IMG/VR virus record: IMGVR_UViG_3300032214_001486
Span: 32,001 to 96,000 of that record
Origin: a virus
Strand: one strand, 5' to 3'
Length of the DNA: 64,000 nucleotides
The translations under genes and the position numbers were made by a program. The notes under the pieces are model-generated. The model saw only the letters and a list, made by a program, of their open reading frames with translations, ran no database searches and was not told where the DNA came from. Shown here piece after piece: positions 52,693-61,860 of this stretch (position 1 is the stretch's first letter; every line of letters starts with the position of its first letter).

Positions 52693-54105
52693 TCAGAACG
52701 CCGAGCCCGCAAAGAGGGTAGCACCAAGCTCCCCGCTGCTGAGGGCCAAGCCGTTCATATCGAGCGCCAAACCGGCGGTTTCACCCGCGGTCGCGGCAGA
52801 GGGGGTAACAACGGAGGCCGGTACAGTGGTCTGCGCGCCGGGGTTGGTCCCCGCCGAAGCAGCCGCCGCGGCGGTCTGCTGCTCAACCGTGGCGATAGCC
52901 TGGGCCTTGATTTGCTCCAAGAGAGCGACGCGCTTCTCGGGGGAGAGCGCCGCGATCTTCGCAAACCGTTCCCAGCCGACCAGACAGATCAACCAACCGA
53001 AACGGTGACCGGGGCGGCCCGCGAGCGAGCTAATACCCTGACCGTTATAGTTGATCGCCTGCGTCGGAGCGTCCCCGAAGGTGCGGTGCCAAGCGTGCTG
53101 ACCCGAAAGGGCAGCTTGGCCCTCCTGTACGGAGAGATCGGCGGGGGCGTAGTAGGCATCGGCAAGGCTGGCTCCGCTGTAATCTACAGCGGAGCCCTTA
53201 CCGAAAGGGACGACATCATAGGCCATCCCGTCGCCAAAGCCGGCAGTATCGGTGAGGGCAAGGCCCGACATATCGGTGAGAGCGAGGCCCGACATATCAG
53301 TGAGGGCGAGGCCATCAAGGTCGTCGTCGTCACCCGACAGATCATCGTCGTCGTCACCGTCAAGGTCGAGATCGCCAAGATCGCCGGCCTTGTCGGACAG
53401 GAAGCGGTAAATGTCGAGCGCGCCGCCTACAAGCAGAGCGCCGACCGCAACCTGATTACGAAGCTCTTTGGAGCCGACCGGGACAAAATTCAGGACAGTG
53501 GCGACAGCGGCGCCCTGTACGGTGAACTTGACCGGCGAAATGGCGCGGAGGGCCGACTTAACAGCCGGGACCGCGCTCAGACCGCGCATCAGGCCGTAGT
53601 GGACAGCGCCCACCGCGACACCGACGAGGATCGGAGAAATGTACCCCGCGACAGTGTTACCGACGACCGGGATCTTGCGGGCCAAGCCCTCGACCGGAGC
53701 GGTAAACTGGTTGCTGAACGCGCCAAAAGCGTTCCGGCGTACAACCTTCTTACCCCGGCGGCGGTTGCCGTGGAGGTTCATCAGAAGGGTGTTCCGGCGC
53801 ATACGGCGCATACCGTTCCGGTGCATACCGCGCAGCCCATTCCGGCGGCCGTTGCCGTGAAGGTTCATCAGCAGGGTGTTCCGGCGCACACCGCGGCGGG
53901 CGTTGCGGCGACCGTTGCCGTGAAGGTTCATCAGCAGCGTGTTCCGGCGGTGGGAAGTGTTCCGCCGACGAGCAGCCCCCTTCCGCTTGCGGTTGGTACG
54001 CAGCTTTAACCCAGCGAGAGCGCGAGCAGCGCCCCGCTTCGGGTTAGACTTGGATACGAACAACGCGCCGCTGAGCGGTGCGCCGTTACGGAACATGAGG
54101 GGCAT
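52693..54105 (-). CDS. tripartite core/membrane protein: RN-repeat basic N-terminus, TM segments, acidic GLALTD repeats
   Basis: RRNTLLMNLHGN x3; hydrophobic helices; GLALTD x3; AAAGGAG RBS; directly upstream of MCP candidate. Confidence 0.8.
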   Translation of the reverse strand: MPLMFRNGAPLSGALFVSKSNPKRGAARALAGLKLRTNRKRKGAARRRNTSHRRNTLLMNLHGNGRRNARRGVRRNTLLMNLHGNGRRNGLRGMHRNGMRRMRRNTLLMNLHGNRRRGKKVVRRNAFGAFSNQFTAPVEGLARKIPVVGNTVAGYISPILVGVAVGAVHYGLMRGLSAVPAVKSALRAISPVKFTVQGAAVATVLNFVPVGSKELRNQVAVGALLVGGALDIYRFLSDKAGDLGDLDLDGDDDDDLSGDDDDLDGLALTDMSGLALTDMSGLALTDTAGFGDGMAYDVVPFGKGSAVDYSGASLADAYYAPADLSVQEGQAALSGQHAWHRTFGDAPTQAINYNGQGISSLAGRPGHRFGWLICLVGWERFAKIAALSPEKRVALLEQIKAQAIATVEQQTAAAAASAGTNPGAQTTVPASVVTPSAATAGETAGLALDMNGLALSSGELGATLFAGSAF

Positions 54106-54191
54106 GAGGTAACTCCTTTTTTGGAGGTCCAGAGGGGCATGGATGATCTTTGCACAGTCGAACCCGGTTGGGTATGTGGTACAACAACACC

Positions 54192-54234
54192 GGAGGCCCT
54201 TCGAGGGCCCGCCGAGGGCCCTCAAAGGGCCTTC
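54192..54234. promoter_or_regulatory. long GC palindrome between divergent capsid operon and RHH gene
   Basis: GGAGGCCCTTCGAGGGCCC-GCCGA-GGGCCCTCAAAGGGCCTTC. Confidence 0.5.
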
Positions 54235-54278
54235 ACCCCGACCGCATCCCCCTCAATTTCGTGCCGTAGGTGACAGAT

Positions 54279-54548
54279 ATGAGCCCAAGCGCCGCTGCAA
54301 AGACAGTTACAAAGCCCGTAACGGCGGAGAAGCCAAAAAAGGATGACTGGATTACGGTGAAGCTGCGCCTAAAGCCCCATGTAGTCGCCGCGCTGCATCA
54401 GGCCGCAGAGCAGGAGAGCGAAAATACAGGCAAGCGGGTGTATGCCACTGATATACTTAGGGCTGCGCTCAAAGCCTACTGTACGACGCACAATATCGAC
54501 ATTAGAAAAAAAGAATTCCTCCCGTCTACCCTCAGTGAGAGAGCTTGA
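54279..54548 (+). CDS. ribbon-helix-helix (CopG/Arc-like) regulator
   Basis: ITVKLRL..V..L..A..E..TDILRAALKAY. Confidence 0.6.
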   Translation: MSPSAAAKTVTKPVTAEKPKKDDWITVKLRLKPHVVAALHQAAEQESENTGKRVYATDILRAALKAYCTTHNIDIRKKEFLPSTLSERA

Positions 54549-54594
54549 CGAGAGGAACGGAAAGATCGGCGTTGCGGGCCGGCTTATGCCGGTT

Positions 54595-55230
54595 TTAGTG
54601 CGTGATGCCGTTATTGGGGCAGGTGTATCCGCCGCCGACAATCCAGAAATTGCCGTCCGCAGAAACCGCCAGGGCCGGCTCGATCCCGCCTTCCTCCCCC
54701 ATCCGGTGAATGTACTTGCTCGCCGGGTCATCACCCTTTTTGTGGGTGAAGTAGGTGACGTAGTAGAGGATACCCAGCGGCTTGACGGTCACATCGGGGT
54801 AACCGTGCAGGTGGTGCCCGCCAATTTCCTTCGCCAAGTCTTTCAGCTTGATCCGCGAGCTTGACGGCAGCGCGTTCCATAGCTGCTGCGCGTCCCGCTT
54901 GGACGTTTGAGAGAGCAGAATATAGAGGCGCTGATACTTGTGCTTAGGGTCGAAACTCAGGTGATTGTTATTGTAATCTTCAGGAGGTACTTCAATCAAA
55001 GCCAGGGTAGAAGGCTCATTTCCCATGCGGGCCGCTTCCTCGTGAAGCGACTTGGTTTTCACCATACGCAGGTTGAGCCCTTCTACCGGGTCGAAGTGTA
55101 GCTCGGTGAGCAGCCCACACTCCATGAGCGGGTGCTTAGCCGACAAGCCGGGAACATCAAATTCCCGCTTGTGCGTGGCGGGATTGCCCCAATGCCAATC
55201 TTGGTAGATTTCGTTGTACTTGCGCGACAT
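54595..55230 (-). CDS. conserved-looking hypothetical protein of the virion module
   Basis: Y..WHWG..GLL.EL..Y.T.K..YIH.MGEEGG..P.L..GG.Y..GI; AGGAG RBS. Confidence 0.75.
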   Translation of the reverse strand: MSRKYNEIYQDWHWGNPATHKREFDVPGLSAKHPLMECGLLTELHFDPVEGLNLRMVKTKSLHEEAARMGNEPSTLALIEVPPEDYNNNHLSFDPKHKYQRLYILLSQTSKRDAQQLWNALPSSSRIKLKDLAKEIGGHHLHGYPDVTVKPLGILYYVTYFTHKKGDDPASKYIHRMGEEGGIEPALAVSADGNFWIVGGGYTCPNNGITH

Positions 55231-55232
55231 AG

Positions 55233-56012
55233 TTAGACTCCCTTGAAAGCCAGCAGGACCAGACCAAGAACGGCGACGGTGCCGACCCCACCATACACCA
55301 TCAACCGCTGTTTACGGGCACGCGCTCGCCGCGCTTTCACTCGCTGGTTTTTGCGTTTCTTCTTTTTTTCTTCCTCGGAAGCGCCCGGTGTGAGGGCGTC
55401 CTTGGTCGCGGCCTCCTCTGCGCTGGGGTCCAGCTTGTACTTTTGCTGGTCAGCGACCATTTGCGGTAAGCCGGTGCCCCCCTTGGGCCGCTCACCAAAG
55501 TAGACCGACAACGCTCGCAATTGAGGGTCAGACACAATCTGAGGGCCGCTGACGGCTTGAACAGCAGCCCACCCTTGACCCATGATCGAAACGATAGCCC
55601 CTATGTCCTTTGAATTGATTTTCAGAGAGTCAACGCGGCCCAAGGTAGCCTTCGCCGCGGAGGCAAGGCCGGGATTTTTGAGATACCGGGCGGCCAACGC
55701 CATGAGATAGGCGGATTTAACGTAGGCTTGCGCCATATCCGTAGGCGCCTTCTGGACCCGGTTCGCAGCAGGCCCCATGAAACCGATGATGGTGTTGAGC
55801 CAAGCCTGATTTTCAGCCAAGCCGATCTGCTCTAAGGCTTCGTCGGGCTTGACCGAAGTGAAGTCGTATTTTTCGTTTAAGTGCTCTGCGTACTTCCCGG
55901 CTGCCGCGCCAATGACGTAGCGCCCCCCATAATAGGTGCCGACCGCCAGCGGAATGAGAGGCACCCCATACCCGCCGTCAGAGTGGGCAGAGGGCCGAAA
56001 AAAGGTCGTCAT
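55233..56012 (-). CDS. tail-anchored membrane protein
   Basis: Basic run, then C-terminal TM LMVYGGVGTVAVLGLVLLAF; ATGA overlap. Confidence 0.75.
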   Translation of the reverse strand: MTTFFRPSAHSDGGYGVPLIPLAVGTYYGGRYVIGAAAGKYAEHLNEKYDFTSVKPDEALEQIGLAENQAWLNTIIGFMGPAANRVQKAPTDMAQAYVKSAYLMALAARYLKNPGLASAAKATLGRVDSLKINSKDIGAIVSIMGQGWAAVQAVSGPQIVSDPQLRALSVYFGERPKGGTGLPQMVADQQKYKLDPSAEEAATKDALTPGASEEEKKKKRKNQRVKARRARARKQRLMVYGGVGTVAVLGLVLLAFKGV

Positions 56013-56971
56013 GGTTGGGTTTCCTTCCGGCCTTTGCCGTGCGGGGCTTTGTTTGCCTGGGAGTATAGCACAGCCCCCACACCCAAAACACCCAAACTCA
56101 GCCAACCCCACACAGGTACACCGCCGACCTTGCGGGCCATTTGGCCTTGAAAAGACGCTGCTTCTACAGCTTTGGCCGTATCGACCTGCGCCTGTTGTGC
56201 CTGTTGTGCCTGTTCTTGTGCCTGCCGCCGCGCTTCTGCCCGCCGTTCCTTTCGTTCCTCCCGCCGTTCGTCATAAGACGCTTCCAACGCTTCGATAAGG
56301 GCGATTTTGGCCTCTAACCGCGTCCGTTGCTTTTTGAGCCGGTTCGGGCCGCGCATGATACCAAAAGAGAGGACTTGAAGCGTGCGGCGAGCACCGGGGC
56401 GGCGCTTCCATTTGCGCTGACGCTCCTTTACTTTGCTCAGGCGTTTCTTGTATACGCCCAACTTTTTGAGCCGCCAATCTTTCGGTTTGCGCGCTAATTT
56501 GATGACAAAGCCCGGTACTTCCTCGGGGTCGGGCAGCCCGAGCTTCTTTGCCCAGGCGATTGCCCGCTTCTTATTGACCTTGCGCTGGCGAATACCTTTG
56601 ACCAGGGCGATTGTGCCCGCGGTCGCCGCGAGCACCCCGCCGACAATCCAACCCACAACCGGGACGGTCGCAGACGCCCCCGCCGCTGTGAGAAGGCCCG
56701 TGGTGGCCCCGCCGGCAGCTACAGCCCCACCAGCCCCCGCAGCGGCAGCCGCGCCACCCGCGGCAGCAGCCCCGCCGGCAGCCGCAACGCCGCCCGCAGC
56801 CGCGCCGCCCCCGCCGGCAAGCAAGGCGCCGATTTTCAGCCCTTGAACGCCCATGCTGGCCGTATTGGCTACGCCCTCGGCGGCCATCGCGGCATTTTCG
56901 CCGCCAGAGCTAACACCGCCCCGGCCCCAATCCGGGCTGGGCTCGCTGTACGGGGATGGAAGAAAAGCCAT
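56009..56971 (-). CDS. membrane protein with Gly/Ala-rich hydrophobic region and C-terminal TM
   Basis: GA-rich run, VPVVGWIVGG, basic coil, VPVWGW TM. Confidence 0.75.
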   Translation of the reverse strand: MAFLPSPYSEPSPDWGRGGVSSGGENAAMAAEGVANTASMGVQGLKIGALLAGGGGAAAGGVAAAGGAAAAGGAAAAAGAGGAVAAGGATTGLLTAAGASATVPVVGWIVGGVLAATAGTIALVKGIRQRKVNKKRAIAWAKKLGLPDPEEVPGFVIKLARKPKDWRLKKLGVYKKRLSKVKERQRKWKRRPGARRTLQVLSFGIMRGPNRLKKQRTRLEAKIALIEALEASYDERREERKERRAEARRQAQEQAQQAQQAQVDTAKAVEAASFQGQMARKVGGVPVWGWLSLGVLGVGAVLYSQANKAPHGKGRKETQP

Positions 56972-56974
56972 AGC

Positions 56975-57766
56975 TCACCCGGTTGCGCGCTGTCGGCGCA
57001 CGAAGCGGGCTGTTAGACCCAATAAGAGCAAAACGCCGCCCACAACGGTTACTTGGCCGAGTGTCCGCCATGTGCGCCGGGCGCTCTCTTGTTCCCGCTG
57101 TAGCTCGACGCGGCGCTCGGCCGCTTTTAGCTTGGCTTTCAGGACACGAAGCCGGGCCTGTAACGGGCCCCGCAGAAGGGGCGGGGCCCGCTTGATCATT
57201 TTTTGGGTATTCTTGATCCGTGCCCGCAGTACCTCTTGCTGCTGCGTCGGGTCAAGGACTTGTTCTAAGCCCGTCTTGACCAACGGCGCATACTCTTGGA
57301 TCATGGCTTCCGTAGAAGCCGAGGACGATGCAGCCTTATCCCCGGCGGGCGCCGCTTCCCCTTCCCCGTAGTCAGACAGAACAGACGCCCGGAAAGCTCC
57401 CCCGGCAGAGCCCGCAAGGTCTGTGGGCGCCCCCGGCTGATCTTCTTCGATCTTGTACTGCAAGTAATTACGGACCTTGGCTACATCGTGAGCCGCGGTC
57501 GCAATTTTGTAGTGGTTCCATTGGGGGATAACGTCACCGTCCTGTAACAGACGGCGCAGGACGCCCGCATCCCGCTGGATCTGCGCGAGCGCCGACTTTG
57601 CCATTTTGCCTTGATACGGCATAGGGTAGTCGAAATTCCGCACAACCGGGATGGGGGTCGGCATGGTGCCCAGGCGGGTAACGCCGCTCGGGCCGGCGAA
57701 ACCGGCGAGGCCGGGGTTAGAAAACACACCGGACAGGTGGGCAAGGTGGCGAGAGCGGTAAGACAT
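56975..57766 (-). CDS. tail-anchored membrane protein with MAK..L..I..PQW..KI helical domain
   Basis: GKMAKSALAQI..IPQWNHYKIATA..V..YL; C-terminal TM. Confidence 0.75.
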   Translation of the reverse strand: MSYRSRHLAHLSGVFSNPGLAGFAGPSGVTRLGTMPTPIPVVRNFDYPMPYQGKMAKSALAQIQRDAGVLRRLLQDGDVIPQWNHYKIATAAHDVAKVRNYLQYKIEEDQPGAPTDLAGSAGGAFRASVLSDYGEGEAAPAGDKAASSSASTEAMIQEYAPLVKTGLEQVLDPTQQQEVLRARIKNTQKMIKRAPPLLRGPLQARLRVLKAKLKAAERRVELQREQESARRTWRTLGQVTVVGGVLLLLGLTARFVRRQRATG

Positions 57767-58149
57767 TACTGTTTTCCCTTACGCTTTTTGAGTACAACGT
57801 AGCCGCCGATCAAAGCCAACCCCAGCACCCCACCGATAATGAGGGGCCAGGGGGTAGCCGCGGGGGGCGCCGCCGGGGCTGCGACCGCGGGGGCTTGGGC
57901 CGGACGGGCCCGCCGACGCCCCCGGCGACGACGGCGACGGCGCAGGGATGCAATCTGCGTGCCCGCGCCGACAGCCGACGACGTGAGCGTTGACAATGCC
58001 CCGGCCCGTTCCTCCGTAAGCCACGGTGTTTTCGCTGTTTTAGTAGCAGCGGCGGCAGCGGCAACGGCCGGCGCAGCTTCCCCTAAAGCCAGAAAGCCAA
58101 AGTGACCTTCCGCCACGGGGAAGCTGTACGGGCTCGGGTTAAAGCGCAT
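57766..58149 (-). CDS. small tail-anchored membrane protein with poly-Arg
   Basis: RRRRRRRGRRR; PWPLIIGGVLGLALIGGYVVLKKRK. Confidence 0.75.
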   Translation of the reverse strand: MRFNPSPYSFPVAEGHFGFLALGEAAPAVAAAAAATKTAKTPWLTEERAGALSTLTSSAVGAGTQIASLRRRRRRRGRRRARPAQAPAVAAPAAPPAATPWPLIIGGVLGLALIGGYVVLKKRKGKQ

Positions 58150-59570
58150 TAGCTCTGCTTACCCTCTTTCTTGCCGCTCATGGTGACGAAAAGCAGGATA
58201 GCGGCACCAACGCCGACCGGAATGGCCCAGGAGGGCAGACCGCTGGTTTCTTCCGCGGGAATTTCACCTTCCGGGGCGGGCGCCTCGACCACGACCGGAG
58301 CAGCGGCAGCCGCCGCCTTCCGCCGCTTTTTGCCCTTCCGGCGCTTCTTTCGCCCGATAGCACCCGCGACGTTGGTTGCCAGCCCCGCGGCAAGGGCGAC
58401 GCCCTTTCCAATGGCTTTGCGCCGAGCTTCCCGGTAGCTTTCCCAAGTACCAATCTCACCCGTGATCGCGTTCCACTTCTTCGCGTCCGATTTCTTGATC
58501 AAGGTGCCGGTGGGCAGCGCCTTGACGTTGCCACTGACACGAATTTCAATGGTGCCGTCCATAAACTGCCGATAAACGTAGCCCCCCGAGCCCGCCACAT
58601 CGCGGTACTGGCTCTTTTTGGGGGCCTTGTAGAGATCGGAGGGGTCCGCGGGCGCGGCAGGCTCGGCGGCCCCCAGGACCATATCGAGATCGGCAAGGTC
58701 AACGCCCGCGTATCCCGCGAAACGCGGTTGATCCTGGCGGATATAGGTGCCCGACCCCATGTAGGGGTAGGTGCCCCCGGTCAGATCGCGGGGAACCTTG
58801 GGGGCCGCCGCGTAGGCGCTCACGTTGGGGTCGCCCCGGCGCATGGGGCTTGTACCTTCCGGCCCGTCAAACATTTGCGGGGGAAATTGGTGGCCCTGGG
58901 CGGGGTAGGGCGGAACGCGGTGCGGAGCCGGAACAGCGGGCGGGGGAGTCCGCAGGATTAGGCCCGAAAGGTCGCCGGGCGTGCCGGGCGTGCCGACGGT
59001 GCCGGGATTGCCAAAGGCGGCAACCGGCGTGCGCTGCACCATCGCGTTTGCATAGGGTTGAACCGCCGATTGCTGGGCAGCCTGCTGGGCGGCCTGCTGC
59101 TCAAACGCATAGAGCGGGCGTACATTGGTGTCTTGGAAAATCGGCGTGCCGCCCGGCATCTTGTAGAGCGGCTGGGCGGCGGGGGGCCGATAGAGGTTTT
59201 CAGTCGGCTTGACCGCAAAAACAGGGCGAGCGTTCGGCGTAAACATCGCCTGCTCGGCCGATGCTGCCCGGACAACCGCGGCGGGCGCAGAAGTCGAGGA
59301 CAGAGCCGCGGCAGCGGCTTGGGTAACACCCGCCGCTGCGTTGGCCCGCTGTTGGAGCACTTGTAGCTGTACTTCCCCCTGAACGGCGGACTTTGCAGCT
59401 TGTGCGCTCTGTTTTTCTTCGTATTCAGGCGATCCATCGGAGCTTGGCACTTCACCAAACCCCCATTGACCGTCGAAAGCGTTGATAGCAGTTAGCTCCC
59501 CGTTTTGCAGGTCAAAGCCATACACACGGGGGTCCGCGTCAGTGTCATAGGTCGGTACAGAACTGCTCAT
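58149..59570 (-). CDS. low-complexity tail-anchored membrane protein
   Basis: GGYVYRQF.DG.IEI domain; LPSWAIPVGVGAAILLF TM. Confidence 0.75.
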   Translation of the reverse strand: MSSSVPTYDTDADPRVYGFDLQNGELTAINAFDGQWGFGEVPSSDGSPEYEEKQSAQAAKSAVQGEVQLQVLQQRANAAAGVTQAAAAALSSTSAPAAVVRAASAEQAMFTPNARPVFAVKPTENLYRPPAAQPLYKMPGGTPIFQDTNVRPLYAFEQQAAQQAAQQSAVQPYANAMVQRTPVAAFGNPGTVGTPGTPGDLSGLILRTPPPAVPAPHRVPPYPAQGHQFPPQMFDGPEGTSPMRRGDPNVSAYAAAPKVPRDLTGGTYPYMGSGTYIRQDQPRFAGYAGVDLADLDMVLGAAEPAAPADPSDLYKAPKKSQYRDVAGSGGYVYRQFMDGTIEIRVSGNVKALPTGTLIKKSDAKKWNAITGEIGTWESYREARRKAIGKGVALAAGLATNVAGAIGRKKRRKGKKRRKAAAAAAPVVVEAPAPEGEIPAEETSGLPSWAIPVGVGAAILLFVTMSGKKEGKQS

Positions 59571-59577
59571 GGCGTTC

Positions 59578-59835
59578 TCACGGGGTTTTGGTGAGGTTGC
59601 AGGCGATCCCCGCGAGGAAGCGGGCGGCGGCTTTTCTGGTCGCCGGGTCTGCGAGAGGCCGACCTTTGAGGGTTGGGTGCCAGTCTACCATAGAGGCGTG
59701 GAGCCAGTCAGCCAAAACATCCGGGTCGGTCTGCACACCATTCATTTTGTCAGCCAACGCCTTTTCGATGGCGTTTTGCCCGTACTCGCCCAACTTTGCG
59801 AGAAGCGACATAATTGCAGGAGAAACACCAAACAT
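59578..59835 (-). CDS. hypothetical protein
   Basis: AAGGGGG RBS. Confidence 0.65.
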   Translation of the reverse strand: MFGVSPAIMSLLAKLGEYGQNAIEKALADKMNGVQTDPDVLADWLHASMVDWHPTLKGRPLADPATRKAAARFLAGIACNLTKTP

Positions 59836-59909
59836 AAACCCCCCTTAGTGCGTTGCAAATAGGGGTTAGAGGTCGTGGATAGACCCCTAACCCCTGAATT
59901 GAGTGTCAA

Positions 59910-61370
59910 TCAGGCCGCGGAAGTAGCGCCGCTGGCCTTCTTGTCTTTGCCGTCCTTGCCCTTCTTCTTGGTGTAGATGTACCCGGCGGCAGCGCCGGCA
60001 ATCAGAAGGAAGAAAATGGGCTTTTTGTAGAACGGGGTGTCCTCGCCCGCCTCCGGGGCGCCGGCATCCTCGCCGCCCTCAGCGCCCTCGCCGCCCTCGG
60101 CATCCTCGGCATCCTCGGCGCCTTCCGCACCCTCGGCGCCTTCATCCCCTTGCGGAGCGTAGCCGGGGCCCGCCGCCGGGCCGGGGCCCTGCTCCAACGG
60201 TGTCGAATTCGGGAAGGCTTGGAAAGCCCCGCCGCGCTCACTCACCTGCGAAGGCTGGAAAGCCGACGTTTGCGGAGGAATATACATCGGGCTGGACGGG
60301 GCAGAGAATTGGGCCATCTGCTGACGCATCGCCGCCAATTGCTGCTGGTACTGCGCCTGCTGGGCGGCCAAAGCCTGCGCCTGAGCGGCAGAAGCCGCCT
60401 GGGCCTGCTGCTGGGCCAAAGCCTGCTGCTGCGCTTGCATCTGAGCAAGCTGAGCCTGCAAAGCCGCCCGGCGGGCGAGCCGAGCCTGCATAATCGCGCC
60501 GGGTACACCAGGGAGGACAGGGGCCGGCATCCCCGGCATCCCCGGCAGAACAGGACGGGCACCCGCGGCGACAACGGCCGGGAGCGCGGCAGCGGCAGCC
60601 GCGGGGAACGCAGCCGATGCACCGGGCGCACCCTTTAACCATTGGCCGATGTAAGCCGTCCGGTTCTTACGGAAATGGGCAATCGCGCCGGCCTTAGACG
60701 CGGCGTTGGGCGCCGGCAGCGCGCTGACGACCTGCGAAACCGCAGCATCATAGCGGGCAACGGCTACACCCGTCATGGGACCAGCCGCAAACAGCGGGCG
60801 GGTTGTCGCATAAATCCGCGGTTCAAGGCTGCGAATATACTGGACATACCGACCGTGGCGAACGCCCTTAATCGCGTCAATGCCGACCTTGCCCTTGGCT
60901 TCCGCGCGAGCCTTGGCCCGATCTTCCTTCTTATCCTTGCGCGACTTCAATAGCTCCAACGCCGCCTTTTGGCGCCGGGTTAGCTCCTTACCCTTGCTCT
61001 GCCGGCGCTCGACCCGGCGCTCGACCTTATCCTCGGCTCGACCTAATTTCTTCTCTAACCGTTCAATACGGCGACCGTAACGACGCTTTTGCCCCTCCGT
61101 CTTAGCGTACTTTAGCTTTGCTTTGAGCTTGCGTAGACGACCTTGAAGGCGGGCGATATTCCGGGGGGTAACCGAGACACCAAGATCGGCGGACAATTCA
61201 AGGCCGTCGATCTCCTGCTCGATCTGACCCAATTCCAGGGACATTTTATCCGCGTCGAAATCGGACAGACCCAAGGCGTTGCCGAGCGGGCCGCGAATGT
61301 TAATCGCCCCCGCAAAGTCCATGAGGGCCAAGCCGCTTAGCGAGTAAACGGCGGGGAGTAGGTTCACCAT
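59910..61370 (-). CDS. tail-anchored membrane protein with basic coiled coil and Q/A-rich linker
   Basis: PFYKKPIFFLLIAGAAAGYIY TM; promoter TTGCCT-17 bp-TATAGT upstream. Confidence 0.8.
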   Translation of the reverse strand: MVNLLPAVYSLSGLALMDFAGAINIRGPLGNALGLSDFDADKMSLELGQIEQEIDGLELSADLGVSVTPRNIARLQGRLRKLKAKLKYAKTEGQKRRYGRRIERLEKKLGRAEDKVERRVERRQSKGKELTRRQKAALELLKSRKDKKEDRAKARAEAKGKVGIDAIKGVRHGRYVQYIRSLEPRIYATTRPLFAAGPMTGVAVARYDAAVSQVVSALPAPNAASKAGAIAHFRKNRTAYIGQWLKGAPGASAAFPAAAAAALPAVVAAGARPVLPGMPGMPAPVLPGVPGAIMQARLARRAALQAQLAQMQAQQQALAQQQAQAASAAQAQALAAQQAQYQQQLAAMRQQMAQFSAPSSPMYIPPQTSAFQPSQVSERGGAFQAFPNSTPLEQGPGPAAGPGYAPQGDEGAEGAEGAEDAEDAEGGEGAEGGEDAGAPEAGEDTPFYKKPIFFLLIAGAAAGYIYTKKKGKDGKDKKASGATSAA

Positions 61371-61468
61371 GTGATCTCCAGGCAGAGTGTGTGGGCACTA
61401 TACAGAACGGTGGAACGAAAGGCAAGAGGCACGGTCAACCACCCCCACGGCGGACCTACTCCCCGACC

Positions 61469-61834
61469 TCAGTACCCCGCAAGGTAGGCGGCAGCGCCGT
61501 AAATCCAGCAGAAGTTATACAACGGCTGGCCCTCGTCGCACAAGCGGAAAGCCTCACGGAATAGTGTATACTCGGTCAAGTCAGCCTTTTCGCCCTCAGT
61601 CGAGCCCCACGACCGTTGTGTGCGGCCAATTTGATCCTCCTGACGGACATGCAGGATCTCAGCCGCCTTCTCCAAAACAAGCAACAGCCGCGGATCTCGG
61701 GATCGGGCTGCGCGCATCCCCTTCTCAGAGAAGGTGTGATTACGCATTTCCATCGCTTCCATCGCCTTGCGGTACGCACGCTCTACCGAGTGCAGCGTGA
61801 TCGGCTCAGGTAGCTCAATTCCAGCGGTCCCCAT
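61469..61834 (-). CDS. hypothetical protein
   Basis: GGGGG RBS; helical. Confidence 0.6.
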   Translation of the reverse strand: MGTAGIELPEPITLHSVERAYRKAMEAMEMRNHTFSEKGMRAARSRDPRLLLVLEKAAEILHVRQEDQIGRTQRSWGSTEGEKADLTEYTLFREAFRLCDEGQPLYNFCWIYGAAAYLAGY

Positions 61835-61860
61835 AGTGAATACCCCCCTTTGATTGTGGT

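Noticed and set aside
51713-54009. Long + strand ORFs 51713-53008 and 52402-54009
   Set aside because: Antisense shadows of strongly codon-biased capsid/core genes.
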